Shown: piece after piece, positions 10,250-20,241 of the stretch | How positions within the stretch are numbered: position 1 is the stretch's first letter | Layout: every line of letters starts with the position of its first letter | Source: Arcobacteraceae bacterium | GTDB lineage: Bacteria; Campylobacterota; Campylobacteria; Campylobacterales; Arcobacteraceae | Assembly (NCBI GenBank): GCA_048268245.1 | Contig: JBLWVX010000012.1 | Span: forward strand, 9,308-73,307 | Reading direction: 5' to 3' | Length of the DNA: 64,000 bases | Translations under genes and position numbers: made by a program | Notes under the pieces: model-generated | The model's database searches: none | Seen by the model: only the letters and a program-made list of their open reading frames with translations | What the model was told of the DNA's origin: nothing

Positions 10250-11575
10250 ATGAGTATGTTTTGTTATCAATGTGAAATGAGTCAAAAAGGTGGTTGTGGT
10301 AGCACGGGTGCTACTGTAGGAACTTGTGGTAAGGATGAAAACTTAGCAAGACTTCAAGATATAATGATTTTTGGACTTAAGGGTCTTAGTGCATATAGAG
10401 AGCATTTAAACAGCTTTAAACCTGAACTTACAAAAGAGATTGATGATGTAATGAGTGAAACATTATACTTTACTCTTACAAATGTAAACTTCAATTTCCA
10501 AGATCATATAAATCAACTTATGAAAGTTGGTTCTGCTGGTGTAAAAGTTATGAACCTATTAGGTGAAGCCCACACTAATAAGTTTGGTATTCCAACTCCT
10601 GTAGTTGTACCTCAAAATAAAGTTGAAGGTAAAGCTATTTTAGTTTCTGGTCATGATTTAGACTTCTTTGAGAAACTACTTATTGCTACAGAAGATAAAG
10701 GTATTAACATCTATACTCACTCTGAAATGTTACCAGCACATGGGTACCCAGAATTAAAAAAATTCAAACACTTAAAAGGTAATGTAGGAAAGGCTTGGTT
10801 TGATCAAGCAAAACTTATGGAGAAATTTACAGGAACATTTGTAGTAAATACTAACTGTATTGTACCTCCTAAGAAAAACTGCTCTTATCTTGATAGGGTA
10901 TTTACACATAATATTGTAGGTATTGAAGGTTCAACTGCTATTGTTGACTATAACTTTGATGAACTTATTGAAAAAACACTTTCATGTCCAGATGCAAATG
11001 GTATTGATTTAAATGAAGACACTACTTTAACAACAGGTCATAACTATAAAACAGTTCTTACTTTAGCACCACAAATTATTAAAGCACTAGAAGAAGGTAA
11101 GATTAAACAGTTCTTTGTTGTTGCAGGATGTGATGCACCAGGTAAACCGGGAGAATATTATAGAGAATTAACACAAAACTTACCAAAAGACACGGTAATT
11201 CTAACTTCTTCATGTGGTAAGTTTAGATTCAATGATATTGATTTTGGTGAGATAGAAGGGACTGGAATTCCTAGATATTTAGACCTAGGTCAATGTAATG
11301 ACTCATATGGTGCAGTTGAAATAGCAAAAGCTTTAAGTGATGCATTAAATACACCAATAAATGATTTACCTGTATCAATCGTATTATCATGGATGGAGCA
11401 AAAAGCTGTGATTATTTTACTTGCTTTATTCTCTTTAGGTATAAAAGATATATATTTAGGACCAAAACCTCCACAGTTTGTAAATGAAGATATTTTCAAC
11501 TTCTTAGCTGAGAATTTTAACCTTACACTTACAACAAATGCAAAAGATGATTTACAAAAACTTCTAATAGCATAA
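10250..11575 (+). CDS. hcp: Hybrid cluster protein (hydroxylamine/NO reductase), short form
   Basis: MFCYQCE, SGHD, YTHSEMLPAHGYP, GCD, LDLGQCND, SWMEQKA. Confidence 0.93.
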   Translation: MSMFCYQCEMSQKGGCGSTGATVGTCGKDENLARLQDIMIFGLKGLSAYREHLNSFKPELTKEIDDVMSETLYFTLTNVNFNFQDHINQLMKVGSAGVKVMNLLGEAHTNKFGIPTPVVVPQNKVEGKAILVSGHDLDFFEKLLIATEDKGINIYTHSEMLPAHGYPELKKFKHLKGNVGKAWFDQAKLMEKFTGTFVVNTNCIVPPKKNCSYLDRVFTHNIVGIEGSTAIVDYNFDELIEKTLSCPDANGIDLNEDTTLTTGHNYKTVLTLAPQIIKALEEGKIKQFFVVAGCDAPGKPGEYYRELTQNLPKDTVILTSSCGKFRFNDIDFGEIEGTGIPRYLDLGQCNDSYGAVEIAKALSDALNTPINDLPVSIVLSWMEQKAVIILLALFSLGIKDIYLGPKPPQFVNEDIFNFLAENFNLTLTTNAKDDLQKLLIA

Positions 11576-11910
11576 GTAACAGAGTATATAACTCCGTTAC
11601 TTTTTATATCATATCTTAATAATATTTTAAAACAAGGAAGTATCTACTAAATTAAGCTTAATATGGGCTTTATAATTGTGTACTTTTTACACAACATATA
11701 AAAAATAACTAAATTTGCATTGTAAAATGAGATTTTGTCACAAAAATGTAATTTTTTTATAATACGTAGCATTAAAATAGCATTTTATACAACATCAGTG
11801 TTACTTTATAGATTAAAAATGACTTTTAAGACTATAATATTGTAAAAAATACATTTGAATTAATTTTAATAATAAGCTATATTTCTTCAACAAAATTTGA
11901 AGGCTATAAT

Positions 11911-13707
11911 TTGTCTAATGTAAATGAAATTTTAAAACTATCACAAAAACTAAATATTTTATATGTAGAAGATGATGAAACACTAAGAACTGAAACATCT
12001 AAACTACTAAATTATTTTTTTGCTAATGTTGTAACTGCAGAAAATGGAATTGAAGGAATTGAAAAGTTTAAATCAAATCAAATTGATTTAATAATGACAG
12101 ATATTTGTATGCCTAAATTAGATGGTCTTTCAATGATAAAAGAGATTAAAAAATCTAATCCTAATATTCCAACTATTATTAATTCTGCATTTAATGATGT
12201 TTCATATTTACATGAAAGTATAAATATCAAAATTGATGAGTATTTAATCAAACCATTAAGTTTAGAAAAATTAAAAGAGTCATTAGATAAAACTATAAAT
12301 AAAATACTTCTTCAAAGAAAAATACTTCTTCTAAACAATTATGAAGAGGCTATTACTAAAAATTCTATTCTTGCTAAACTAGATTTAAAAGGTGATTTCA
12401 TATATACTAATGAGAAATTCGATGAACTATTTAGATATAGAAAAAATGAATTATTAGAAAAAAATTTCAATACTATATTAAAAAAAGAATCAATAAAATT
12501 TACTTCATTGCTAAAAAAGATAGAACTTACAAAAGAGCCTTGGCATGGACAATTAAAATGTAAAAAGAAGAACAATAAAAAAACATGGGTTAAAATAGAT
12601 ATTACACCAATATTTGATGAAGATGAATTATTGAAGGAGTTTTTAATCATCTTTATTGATATTACTAAAGAAATAAGTTTAAAAAAATATCTAAAAAAAG
12701 AACTCAATCAAACTAAGTACAACTTAAAAAATGCTATCAAACTAACTTCACAATACGAAATGGCAATTAATGAAAGTAGTATTCTTACTAAATCCAATCT
12801 AAAAGGAAAAATTACATTTGTAAATGAAAAGTTTTGTGATATTTCAGGATATAGCCAAGAAGAATTAATTGGAAAACCTCATAACATTATTAGACACCCT
12901 GATACTCCATCAAGTGTATTCAAAGAGTTATGGGGAACAATTAAAGAAGGTAAATGTTGGCAAGGTATTATAAAAAATAGAAAAAAAGATGGTGCTTCTT
13001 ATTGGGTATCAACTACAATTATTCCAATTAAAAATAAGAAAAATGAAATTAAAGAGTATATATCAATAAGACATGATTTAACAAAAGTATTTGAACTTCA
13101 TGAGGAAATAGAAGAGACTCAAAGAGAATTAGTTTACAAACTTGGAGAAATTGGAGAAACAAGAAGTAAAGAAACAGGAAATCATGTAAAAAGAGTAGCT
13201 CAATACTCAAAAGATCTTGCAATGTTATATGGATTAAATAAAGAGGATTGTGAAATACTTTTTGCTGCTTCACCAATGCACGACATAGGAAAAGTTGGTA
13301 TTCCTGATGAAATCCTAAAAAAACCTGGCAAGCTTACTACAGAAGAGTTTAACATAATGAAATCTCACTCAACAATAGGTTATAACATTTTAAAAGGTTC
13401 TCAAAGACCTGTTTTAAAAGCTGCTGCGACTATTGCTAAAGAGCATCATGAAAAATATGATGGAACAGGCTATCCTAGAGGACTTAAAGGTCAAGAAATC
13501 CATATATTTGGAAGAATAACTGCACTCGCTGATGTTTTTGATGCACTTGGATCAGATAGATATTACAAAAAAGCATGGGAAGATGAAAAAATATTTAATT
13601 TAATCAAAAAGGAGAAAGGAAAACATTTTGATCCAATATTAGTTGATTTATTTATAAACAATATAGAAATATTTTTAGAAACTAGAGATAAATATACAGA
13701 TAAATAA
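11911..13707 (+). CDS. Receiver-PAS-PAS-HD-GYP cyclic di-GMP phosphodiesterase
   Basis: Receiver domain, two PAS domains, HDIGK, HHEKYDGTGYP. Confidence 0.9.
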   Translation: MSNVNEILKLSQKLNILYVEDDETLRTETSKLLNYFFANVVTAENGIEGIEKFKSNQIDLIMTDICMPKLDGLSMIKEIKKSNPNIPTIINSAFNDVSYLHESINIKIDEYLIKPLSLEKLKESLDKTINKILLQRKILLLNNYEEAITKNSILAKLDLKGDFIYTNEKFDELFRYRKNELLEKNFNTILKKESIKFTSLLKKIELTKEPWHGQLKCKKKNNKKTWVKIDITPIFDEDELLKEFLIIFIDITKEISLKKYLKKELNQTKYNLKNAIKLTSQYEMAINESSILTKSNLKGKITFVNEKFCDISGYSQEELIGKPHNIIRHPDTPSSVFKELWGTIKEGKCWQGIIKNRKKDGASYWVSTTIIPIKNKKNEIKEYISIRHDLTKVFELHEEIEETQRELVYKLGEIGETRSKETGNHVKRVAQYSKDLAMLYGLNKEDCEILFAASPMHDIGKVGIPDEILKKPGKLTTEEFNIMKSHSTIGYNILKGSQRPVLKAAATIAKEHHEKYDGTGYPRGLKGQEIHIFGRITALADVFDALGSDRYYKKAWEDEKIFNLIKKEKGKHFDPILVDLFINNIEIFLETRDKYTDK

Positions 13708-13712
13708 GGAAG

Positions 13713-14111
13713 ATGATGAATAAAGAAATTAAACTATCAAAGAATACTATGATTGTTTCAGAAACAAACTCTAAAGGTAAAATAGTTTACGCAAATGAAG
13801 ATTTTTGTAAAATTGCAGGTTTTTCTAAAAGTGAAATAATTGGAAAACATCATAATATTGTAAGACATGATGATATGCCTAAAGAGGCTTTTAAAGACTT
13901 ATGGAAAACTATAAAAAAAGGTCAAACATGGAAAGGTATAGTAAAAAACACTACTAAAGATGGTGGATACTATTGGGTTAATGCTACTGCTTATCCTGTA
14001 AAAAAAAGAGATGGTAAATTAAGATATATTTCGGTTAGAGTTAAACCTACAAAAGAAGAAGTAAATCAAGCAGAAAAACTTTATAGACAAATGAAACTAA
14101 GGGAAAGGTAG
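13713..14111 (+). CDS. Stand-alone Aer-type PAS protein (CetB-like)
   Basis: [10 protein letters not shown]...LW...W.G.VKN...YYWV. Confidence 0.85.
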   Translation: MMNKEIKLSKNTMIVSETNSKGKIVYANEDFCKIAGFSKSEIIGKHHNIVRHDDMPKEAFKDLWKTIKKGQTWKGIVKNTTKDGGYYWVNATAYPVKKRDGKLRYISVRVKPTKEEVNQAEKLYRQMKLRER

Positions 14112-15370
14112 TGTTTTTTTCAAAAAAAAATGATATAAATAAAATACTAGAATTTCTTGAAGAATTCGATTCTTATATAAAAAATGACCTAAACCAAATT
14201 CATATACCAAAGCAAAACTCAAAAAAACTTAGACTTGTTGAAAATAAAATCTACGATATAGCACAATATATCTCAAACCAAAGAGAACAAGACATAAAAG
14301 TATATGGAGAAATTATGCTTGCGTGTGAAAAGTTATCTGATGGTTTCACAGAAGATCATATAACTGAAAAATCAAATGATGCTAAAATTAATTACATTAT
14401 TGAAACAGTAAATACTACTATTGAAAAAATTGATAAAGCCTTAAAAATTGTAACGTCAAGGCTTAAAGAATATGAGCAACAAAACTATCTTGAATTAGTT
14501 GATGAAGACCTATTTAGAGGTGGAGAATTAAAAAATCTACTTTTAGGTATAAATTCATTAAAAGATAAAGTTACAGATAACTTATCAAAAAACTATAAAC
14601 AAGGTTTACTTTTAGAAAAAGAGTCTAATATTTTATTACAAGAGTCAAGAAAACTTGCAAAATCTACAATAACACAAGCTGCAACAATAGAAGAAACAGC
14701 AGCATCCATAGAAGAAATAACAGCAACAGTTTCTCAAAATAGAATAACAACAAATGAAATGTCAAAGCTTGGAGAGCAAGTTAAAAACAATGCAAATAAT
14801 GGGATTAGTTTAATATCAAATACAATAACATCAATGGATGAAATAGAAGAGGCAACAAATACAGCAACAGAAGCAATTAGTGTAATCTCTCAAATTGCTT
14901 TTCAAACAAATATTTTATCACTAAACGCAGCAGTTGAGGCAGCAACTGCAGGAGAAGCTGGTAAAGGATTTGCAGTTGTAGCTCAAGAAGTGCGAAATCT
15001 TGCAAATAAAAGTGCAGAAGCTGCAAAAAAGATTGAAGACCTAATGAATAATCTAACACACAAAACTCAAGAAGGTAAGAATAATTCTCATAAAATGCAA
15101 AATGAATATACAGTATTAAATGAAAATATAAATAAAACTATTGAGCATATCAAAAAAGTTGAATTATCTTCTCAAGAACAAGAAATAGGAATCAAACAAA
15201 TAAATGAAGCATTAGCTCAAATAGATGGCTTTACTCAAGAAAATTCACTAATTGCAACTAGAGTTAGTGAAATCTCTCAAGATAGTAATAAAGTCGCTAA
15301 AGAAGTTGTAAGTGCAATAAGAGTGGCTAAGTTTGAAGGTAAAGAATCTATCTCAATAGAAGATGTATAA
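14111..15370 (+). CDS. Cytoplasmic methyl-accepting chemotaxis protein
   Basis: [34 protein letters not shown]; no TM segment. Confidence 0.9.
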   Translation: MFFSKKNDINKILEFLEEFDSYIKNDLNQIHIPKQNSKKLRLVENKIYDIAQYISNQREQDIKVYGEIMLACEKLSDGFTEDHITEKSNDAKINYIIETVNTTIEKIDKALKIVTSRLKEYEQQNYLELVDEDLFRGGELKNLLLGINSLKDKVTDNLSKNYKQGLLLEKESNILLQESRKLAKSTITQAATIEETAASIEEITATVSQNRITTNEMSKLGEQVKNNANNGISLISNTITSMDEIEEATNTATEAISVISQIAFQTNILSLNAAVEAATAGEAGKGFAVVAQEVRNLANKSAEAAKKIEDLMNNLTHKTQEGKNNSHKMQNEYTVLNENINKTIEHIKKVELSSQEQEIGIKQINEALAQIDGFTQENSLIATRVSEISQDSNKVAKEVVSAIRVAKFEGKESISIEDV

Positions 15371-15390
15371 TCTTCTATTGAAGCAAAGAA

Positions 15391-16317
15391 CTAAAAACCT
15401 CCATATAAAGCAAGAACTATTGGTATATAAAGAATTGAAACTATAGTACTTAGAATTACTGTGAAGCTTGCTTTTTGAGGCTTCGCATTTAGAAGTACTG
15501 CTAAAGTTACTGTATTTCCTGCAAGTGGTACTATTGAGAATAAAAATAAAACCTTATATAAATCTTCATTTAAAAACATGATATAAGCTTTGTCTATATA
15601 AATTACTGCAAGCATTGCTAAAGGCCAGAAGATAAACTTCAAAATAAAAGTAATAGAAATAAATTTTGCATCTAAATCACTTCCCCTTTGAAGACCAATA
15701 AGACCCATACCTAACATCATCATTCCTAAAATTCCATAAGCACCTTTAAACTGCCCTGTATACGCACTAATAGCCTCAGGTATTTGAACTCCTATTAGAT
15801 TACAAATTATACCTAATACAAAAGCATATAAAATAGGAAGTCTTAACATTTTCATAAGGGATTGCTTTACAGTAAAATTTCCTTTTGCTGTCACATAAAA
15901 ACCACTTGTACTTTCATATAAAAGTGAAGCTAAAACTGTAAAGATATAAATATCAGCTAAATACGGAGGGAAAAATATAATAGCTAAAGGAATACCAAAA
16001 TATCCAGTATTTCCTGTTCCTGCACTAAATGCTAAGATATTTCCTGTTGGGTCATTCCATGATTTACCCCATATAAATAAAGACAAAAAAGCAATGATAG
16101 AGCAAAATAGATATAAAAAGACAGGTAAAAACAAAATTGATAAATCTATTTTAACACTAAGTGTTGCTGAAAAAACAACAATAGGACCTAAAATATAAAT
16201 CAATATATTAGCAATTGACTCTCTTTTTACATCTAAAAATTTAGTAGATATATAGCCTAAAACAATATTAATATAAAGTGGAAAAATCTTAAGTAAGATT
16301 ATAAAAAACAGTGACAT
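15391..16317 (-). CDS. AEC (auxin efflux carrier)-family permease
   Basis: About 10 TM segments, GNTGYFGIP motif; start after AGGAG. Confidence 0.85.
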   Translation of the reverse strand: MSLFFIILLKIFPLYINIVLGYISTKFLDVKRESIANILIYILGPIVVFSATLSVKIDLSILFLPVFLYLFCSIIAFLSLFIWGKSWNDPTGNILAFSAGTGNTGYFGIPLAIIFFPPYLADIYIFTVLASLLYESTSGFYVTAKGNFTVKQSLMKMLRLPILYAFVLGIICNLIGVQIPEAISAYTGQFKGAYGILGMMMLGMGLIGLQRGSDLDAKFISITFILKFIFWPLAMLAVIYIDKAYIMFLNEDLYKVLFLFSIVPLAGNTVTLAVLLNAKPQKASFTVILSTIVSILYIPIVLALYGGF

Positions 16318-16384
16318 ACTCTCTCCTAACATTGACTATACAGTCAAGGAAAGAATATATCACATTTTTTATACATAAGTCAAG

Positions 16385-16813
16385 TTATTTAATTTCTATT
16401 TTTCTTTTTGTTTCATCTTCATTAATCTTTGGTAAAACTACTTCTAGAACTCCATTATCGCTTGAGGCACTAATATTTTCTAAATCTACATTATCAGGTA
16501 GAGTAAACACTCTTTGAAATTTACCAAAAGAGCTTTCAACTTTATAGTAATCCTCTTCTTTTACTTCCTCTTTAAAGTTTCTTTCTCCAAAGATAGTTAA
16601 AGTTCTATCTTTAATATCAATATTGATATCTTCTTTTTTCATTCCTGGTAAATCAACATCGATATGATAAGCGAACTCACCTTCTCTTGTATTTACACTT
16701 GGTGCAAATGCACTAATTGTTGTGTCATTATTTTTTGTATTATTGTAAGTCATTAGACTTGGCATATTCATAAAATCTTTAAATGGATCAAATCTTGTTA
16801 CTAGCATTTTCAT
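16385..16813 (-). CDS. Hsp20/alpha-crystallin small heat shock protein
   Basis: DLPGMKKEDI, FGKFQRVFTLP, NGVLEVVLPK. Confidence 0.93.
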   Translation of the reverse strand: MKMLVTRFDPFKDFMNMPSLMTYNNTKNNDTTISAFAPSVNTREGEFAYHIDVDLPGMKKEDINIDIKDRTLTIFGERNFKEEVKEEDYYKVESSFGKFQRVFTLPDNVDLENISASSDNGVLEVVLPKINEDETKRKIEIK

Positions 16814-16834
16814 CTCCTTAAATCAAAACTTTAT

Positions 16835-16933
16835 ATGAGTTATGTCAACTCTTAATGAAATATTAACAAATTTTTTAGCACTTGTCAAGAGTAAGTGCTA
16901 ATATATTTAGCAATTAATTAAAATTAGTGCTAA
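16835..16933 (-). promoter_or_regulatory. Tandem CIRCE-like (HrcA) operators plus a HAIR-like (HspR) site upstream of hsp20
   Basis: TTAGCACTT-N9-AAGTGCTAA 16875-16901; TTAGCAATT-N9-TAGTGCTAA 16907-16933; TGAGT-N7-ACTCT 16836-16852. Confidence 0.75.
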
Positions 16934-17316
16934 TTAATATAATTTGATAACTCTATTAAATTTTTATCTGGATCTCTTAAATAAATAGAATTTATCAAAC
17001 CTTTTGCACCTGTTCTTTGAACTATTCCTTCTTCTATTTCAATACCTAAAGATTCAATATATAATTTTGCTTCTTCTATTTGTGTATCAATAATAAAACA
17101 TAGATCTGCACTACCTTCTTTTACATTATAAGCTTTAGGCTCAAACTCTTTTCCTAACAGATGTAAGTTAATTTTAGAATTTCCAAATCTCAAAGCAACT
17201 CTATTTTTTTTGAAAATCTCTTTTTTCATACCTAAAACTTTTTCATAAAAATCAACTGCTTTATCGATATTTTTAACAGTCAATACAAAATGATCTAAGC
17301 TATTTATATTAATCAT
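16930..17316 (-). CDS. VOC/glyoxalase-family protein
   Basis: LDHFVLTV...FYEKVLGM...RTGA...SIYLRDPDKNLIEL. Confidence 0.9.
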   Translation of the reverse strand: MININSLDHFVLTVKNIDKAVDFYEKVLGMKKEIFKKNRVALRFGNSKINLHLLGKEFEPKAYNVKEGSADLCFIIDTQIEEAKLYIESLGIEIEEGIVQRTGAKGLINSIYLRDPDKNLIELSNYIN

Positions 17317-17442
17317 TCTTATATACCAAAAAACTTCATATTTTCATAACTTGTCATTTGCGCATTCCTTTGTTAATAAATACTTGTATTATAAAGTATT
17401 TTGATTTCATGTTGACTACCTAATAACTATTTATTTATAAAT

Positions 17443-17706
17443 TTATATTTTACTTTCTTTAGTTATTTCAATCCAAAAAAACTTATTTCCACTTCCTTTT
17501 TCAACTGCTTTCCAACCAAATGATGTTGAGTGAAAATATAAAGTATCTTTGATAATTTTAAATGTAGTTTCAATATCTACTTGCTCTCCAAAAGCCTCTT
17601 TGAACATCACATATAAATACTCACCATCTTCTTCAAAGTCATATCTAAAGTTTGTAAAATCTACTAATTGTTTATCTAAAAAATCTTTTACTTTTTGTTT
17701 TATCAT
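17443..17706 (-). CDS. Hypothetical protein
   Basis: 87-aa ORF with RBS AAGGG and normal composition. Confidence 0.65.
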   Translation of the reverse strand: MIKQKVKDFLDKQLVDFTNFRYDFEEDGEYLYVMFKEAFGEQVDIETTFKIIKDTLYFHSTSFGWKAVEKGSGNKFFWIEITKESKI

Positions 17707-17816
17707 TATAAACCCTTATTTCTATTAAATATTTGTATTTTATGTTTTTATACCTTGAAGCTATATAATATAGTAATTTACTCATGTTTATGTTAGAATA
17801 ATTAAAAGGAGATACT

Positions 17817-18308
17817 ATGAAAACATTGCTTATAATTATGGTTTTAATAAGTGCTGTTTTTGCTTCCCAACCTGATGAATTTGATAGAGAACTTTATAAT
17901 GAGGGCGAGCAAATATTTGATAAAAAATGTAGTCAATGTCATAAAAAGTCTATGAATATAGGTTTACTTATGAAAAATTTTGTAGAAGAAAATAACAAAC
18001 TATTAAATCTAAAAGCTCCTACGGGAAATGAAATATCATATAGACTAAAAAGCCAAATTGGAAGTAAAGATGATATAGAATTTCAACTTATGGAAACAGG
18101 AGATTTTTTAGTAGATTATCTTTATAATCCAGATATAAAAAAGACTATATGTTTAGAAGCAGTAATAAGACACTTTGATACTATGCCAAGTATGAAGGGT
18201 AAAATTACAGAAGATGAAATAAGAACAGTTGGGCACTTTTTATATTTCATTGAAGGATTCAATGGAGTTAATAAGTACTATCATAATATAGATAAAGAGT
18301 TTGAATAA
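17817..18308 (+). CDS. Periplasmic monoheme cytochrome c
   Basis: Signal peptide, CSQCH, distal MP. Confidence 0.85.
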   Translation: MKTLLIIMVLISAVFASQPDEFDRELYNEGEQIFDKKCSQCHKKSMNIGLLMKNFVEENNKLLNLKAPTGNEISYRLKSQIGSKDDIEFQLMETGDFLVDYLYNPDIKKTICLEAVIRHFDTMPSMKGKITEDEIRTVGHFLYFIEGFNGVNKYYHNIDKEFE

Positions 18309-18328
18309 AGAAGAATAGATTTTCTTCT

Positions 18329-18475
18329 TTACTGTTTTTGTACTGGCTGTTGAGCTAAAGGCTTATTTTTCTGTTGCTGTTCTTGCTCTATGATATTGTT
18401 GTATTTATCAACTAAAATATTTACCATATACCCCATCGAAACAACAATCAAAACAATTACAAATATATTTTTCAA
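18329..18475 (-). CDS. 48-aa small membrane-anchored protein (not in ORF track)
   Basis: AGGAG RBS, TTG start, MKNIFVIVLIVVSMGYMVNILVDKYNNIIEQEQQQKNKPLAQQPVQKQ. Confidence 0.6.
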   Translation of the reverse strand: MKNIFVIVLIVVSMGYMVNILVDKYNNIIEQEQQQKNKPLAQQPVQKQ

Positions 18476-18632
18476 ACTCTCTCCTAAGTAATGTTATTTG
18501 TATTTATATGGGATTGATTATATAGGATTTTGTTTTATTTTTTCTTAACAAGTAAATTTCTTTAACAAAATTACACTAAATTGAAGATTAAACAGTTCTT
18601 TATATTTATTATGAGATAATTGTAGATAAGGA

Positions 18633-18737
18633 ATAAGAGAGGTGGAAATATGGGATTCCATATGCCTTGAACTCTTGGCTTAATGCAGGGCGTAACTAGT
18701 TCAGGAAAGATGCGGGGAGGTTCCCTCCCGCCTCTTA
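18633..18737. ncRNA. Candidate structured ncRNA abutting the stop codon of the BECR-like gene
   Basis: About 52% GC by hand count in an AT-rich genome; stems AGAGGTGG/CCGCCTCT, ATATGG/CCATAT, CCTTGAACT/AGTTCAGG, GGGAGG/CCTCCC. Confidence 0.55.
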
Positions 18738-19124
18738 CTTCGTTATAAAATCTTCTTTAATTACTATTAAATTTGCATTTAACTTAAAATTCTTTTTAAT
18801 TTGACTTGGATTTGTTTGAAATAAGGTTGAAACCTCAGTTCTATTGTTTTTAGAAATCATTCCATATACAAGAAATTTATTATCAACTTTAGATAAACAA
18901 TTATATATATTCTTTTTATCATCAAAATAAATCATTAAAGTATTATCAATAACAATCTGAAAATTACCATTATGAAGAAATTCTTTATCCAACGGAGGAT
19001 GTTTTTCTTCTACTTTTTTAATTGTAGCATCAGTCATATAAACTTTTTTTGCAAAAACATTTCTAATTTTATGTATAATATGACTACTTACAATTCCTAA
19101 ATATACTCTATTTTTAGAACCCAT
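18735..19124 (-). CDS. Putative BECR-fold (PBECR-like) ribonuclease
   Basis: 129 aa, basic; VYM...IKKVEEKHP helix with His, beta-meander, terminal EVSTLF strand; family call by eye. Confidence 0.5.
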   Translation of the reverse strand: MGSKNRVYLGIVSSHIIHKIRNVFAKKVYMTDATIKKVEEKHPPLDKEFLHNGNFQIVIDNTLMIYFDDKKNIYNCLSKVDNKFLVYGMISKNNRTEVSTLFQTNPSQIKKNFKLNANLIVIKEDFITK

Positions 19125-19142
19125 AGGAAACTCCTATATTTT

Positions 19143-20174
19143 CTAAAAATCGTCGAAGTCGATGCTTCCTTTCGAATAATTAACAACATTCCCTTCGAAG
19201 AAATTCGTTCTTTGGTCATTAAATGAAGCATAACCATCTACCCAAGGTATTGGGTGTTTTACATTGTATTCTGGTTTATATCCTACTGCTTCTAGTCTTC
19301 TATCTGCAAGATATTGGATATATTGAGTGATTATAGCGTCTGTGAACCCTAAAATCTGTCCTTGAGTGATATATGAACCCCAAGAAGCTTCAAGCTCTAC
19401 AGCCTTTCTAAACATACTTCTTACAGTTTGTTCTAATTCAGGTGTAAATAAATCAGGTCTTTCTTTTCTTGTAGAATTAATCATGTTTTGGAATAAAAGT
19501 AAATGAGTTACTTCATCTCTTTGAATAAATCTAATCATTTGAGAAGAACCAAGCATTTTTCCTGATTTTCCAAGTGCATACATAGCTGCAAAACCTGCAT
19601 AGAAATATAAACCTTCTAAAATTTGGTTAGCAAACATTGCAAGTAAGATTTTTTCATCTGTAATATCAGTTTCATCACCTGCTGTTAAGCTTTTATATAC
19701 ATCTGCAATATAGTTGTTCTTTTCTCTTAGTTTTGCATCTGTTTTCCACATATTATAAATTGCATCTGTGTTATCAGAAATAGACTCTACCATAACAGCA
19801 TATGATTTAGAGTGGTTTGCTTCTTCGTAAGCTTGTCTTGATAAACAAGCATTTACTTCAGGAGCTGTGATATATGGATTGATATTATCCATTAGATTAT
19901 TTGTTTGCAATGAATCCATGAAAATTAGTTGTGATAAAACTAAATCATACATTCTTTTTTCAGGTGGAGTTAGGTATTTATAATCCTTTGCATCACCTGT
20001 CATTTGAACTTCTTTAGGAAACCATGTATTTGCTTCCATTGTATCCCATAAGTTCAGTGCCCACTGGTACTTCATCTTTGTAAAGTTAATCATACCATCA
20101 GGGTTTCCCCCAAATATTCTTCTATCTGTTAGATTTTCGTTTGATTGTGGGTTATATATCGTTTTTCTATCCAT
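19143..20174 (-). CDS. nrdB: Class Ia ribonucleotide reductase beta subunit
   Basis: [30 protein letters not shown]. Confidence 0.96.
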   Translation of the reverse strand: MDRKTIYNPQSNENLTDRRIFGGNPDGMINFTKMKYQWALNLWDTMEANTWFPKEVQMTGDAKDYKYLTPPEKRMYDLVLSQLIFMDSLQTNNLMDNINPYITAPEVNACLSRQAYEEANHSKSYAVMVESISDNTDAIYNMWKTDAKLREKNNYIADVYKSLTAGDETDITDEKILLAMFANQILEGLYFYAGFAAMYALGKSGKMLGSSQMIRFIQRDEVTHLLLFQNMINSTRKERPDLFTPELEQTVRSMFRKAVELEASWGSYITQGQILGFTDAIITQYIQYLADRRLEAVGYKPEYNVKHPIPWVDGYASFNDQRTNFFEGNVVNYSKGSIDFDDF

Positions 20175-20241
20175 TAGGATTGTCCTCTAAGTTTTTAATA
20201 TATTTTATTAATTTTTCGTATGGAAAAAGTGTAAGGTTATC

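Noticed and set aside
14113..14131. T and A homopolymer runs at the MCP start as a phase-variation site
   Set aside because: Such runs are common in this AT-rich genome and the frame is intact; Campylobacterota contingency loci are usually poly-G/C.
18633..18737. tRNA, tRNA-Sec, riboswitch or plain terminator
   Set aside because: No canonical 7-nt anticodon loop, T-loop or CCA; no riboswitch consensus that I recognise; no U-tract and too many stems for a simple terminator.
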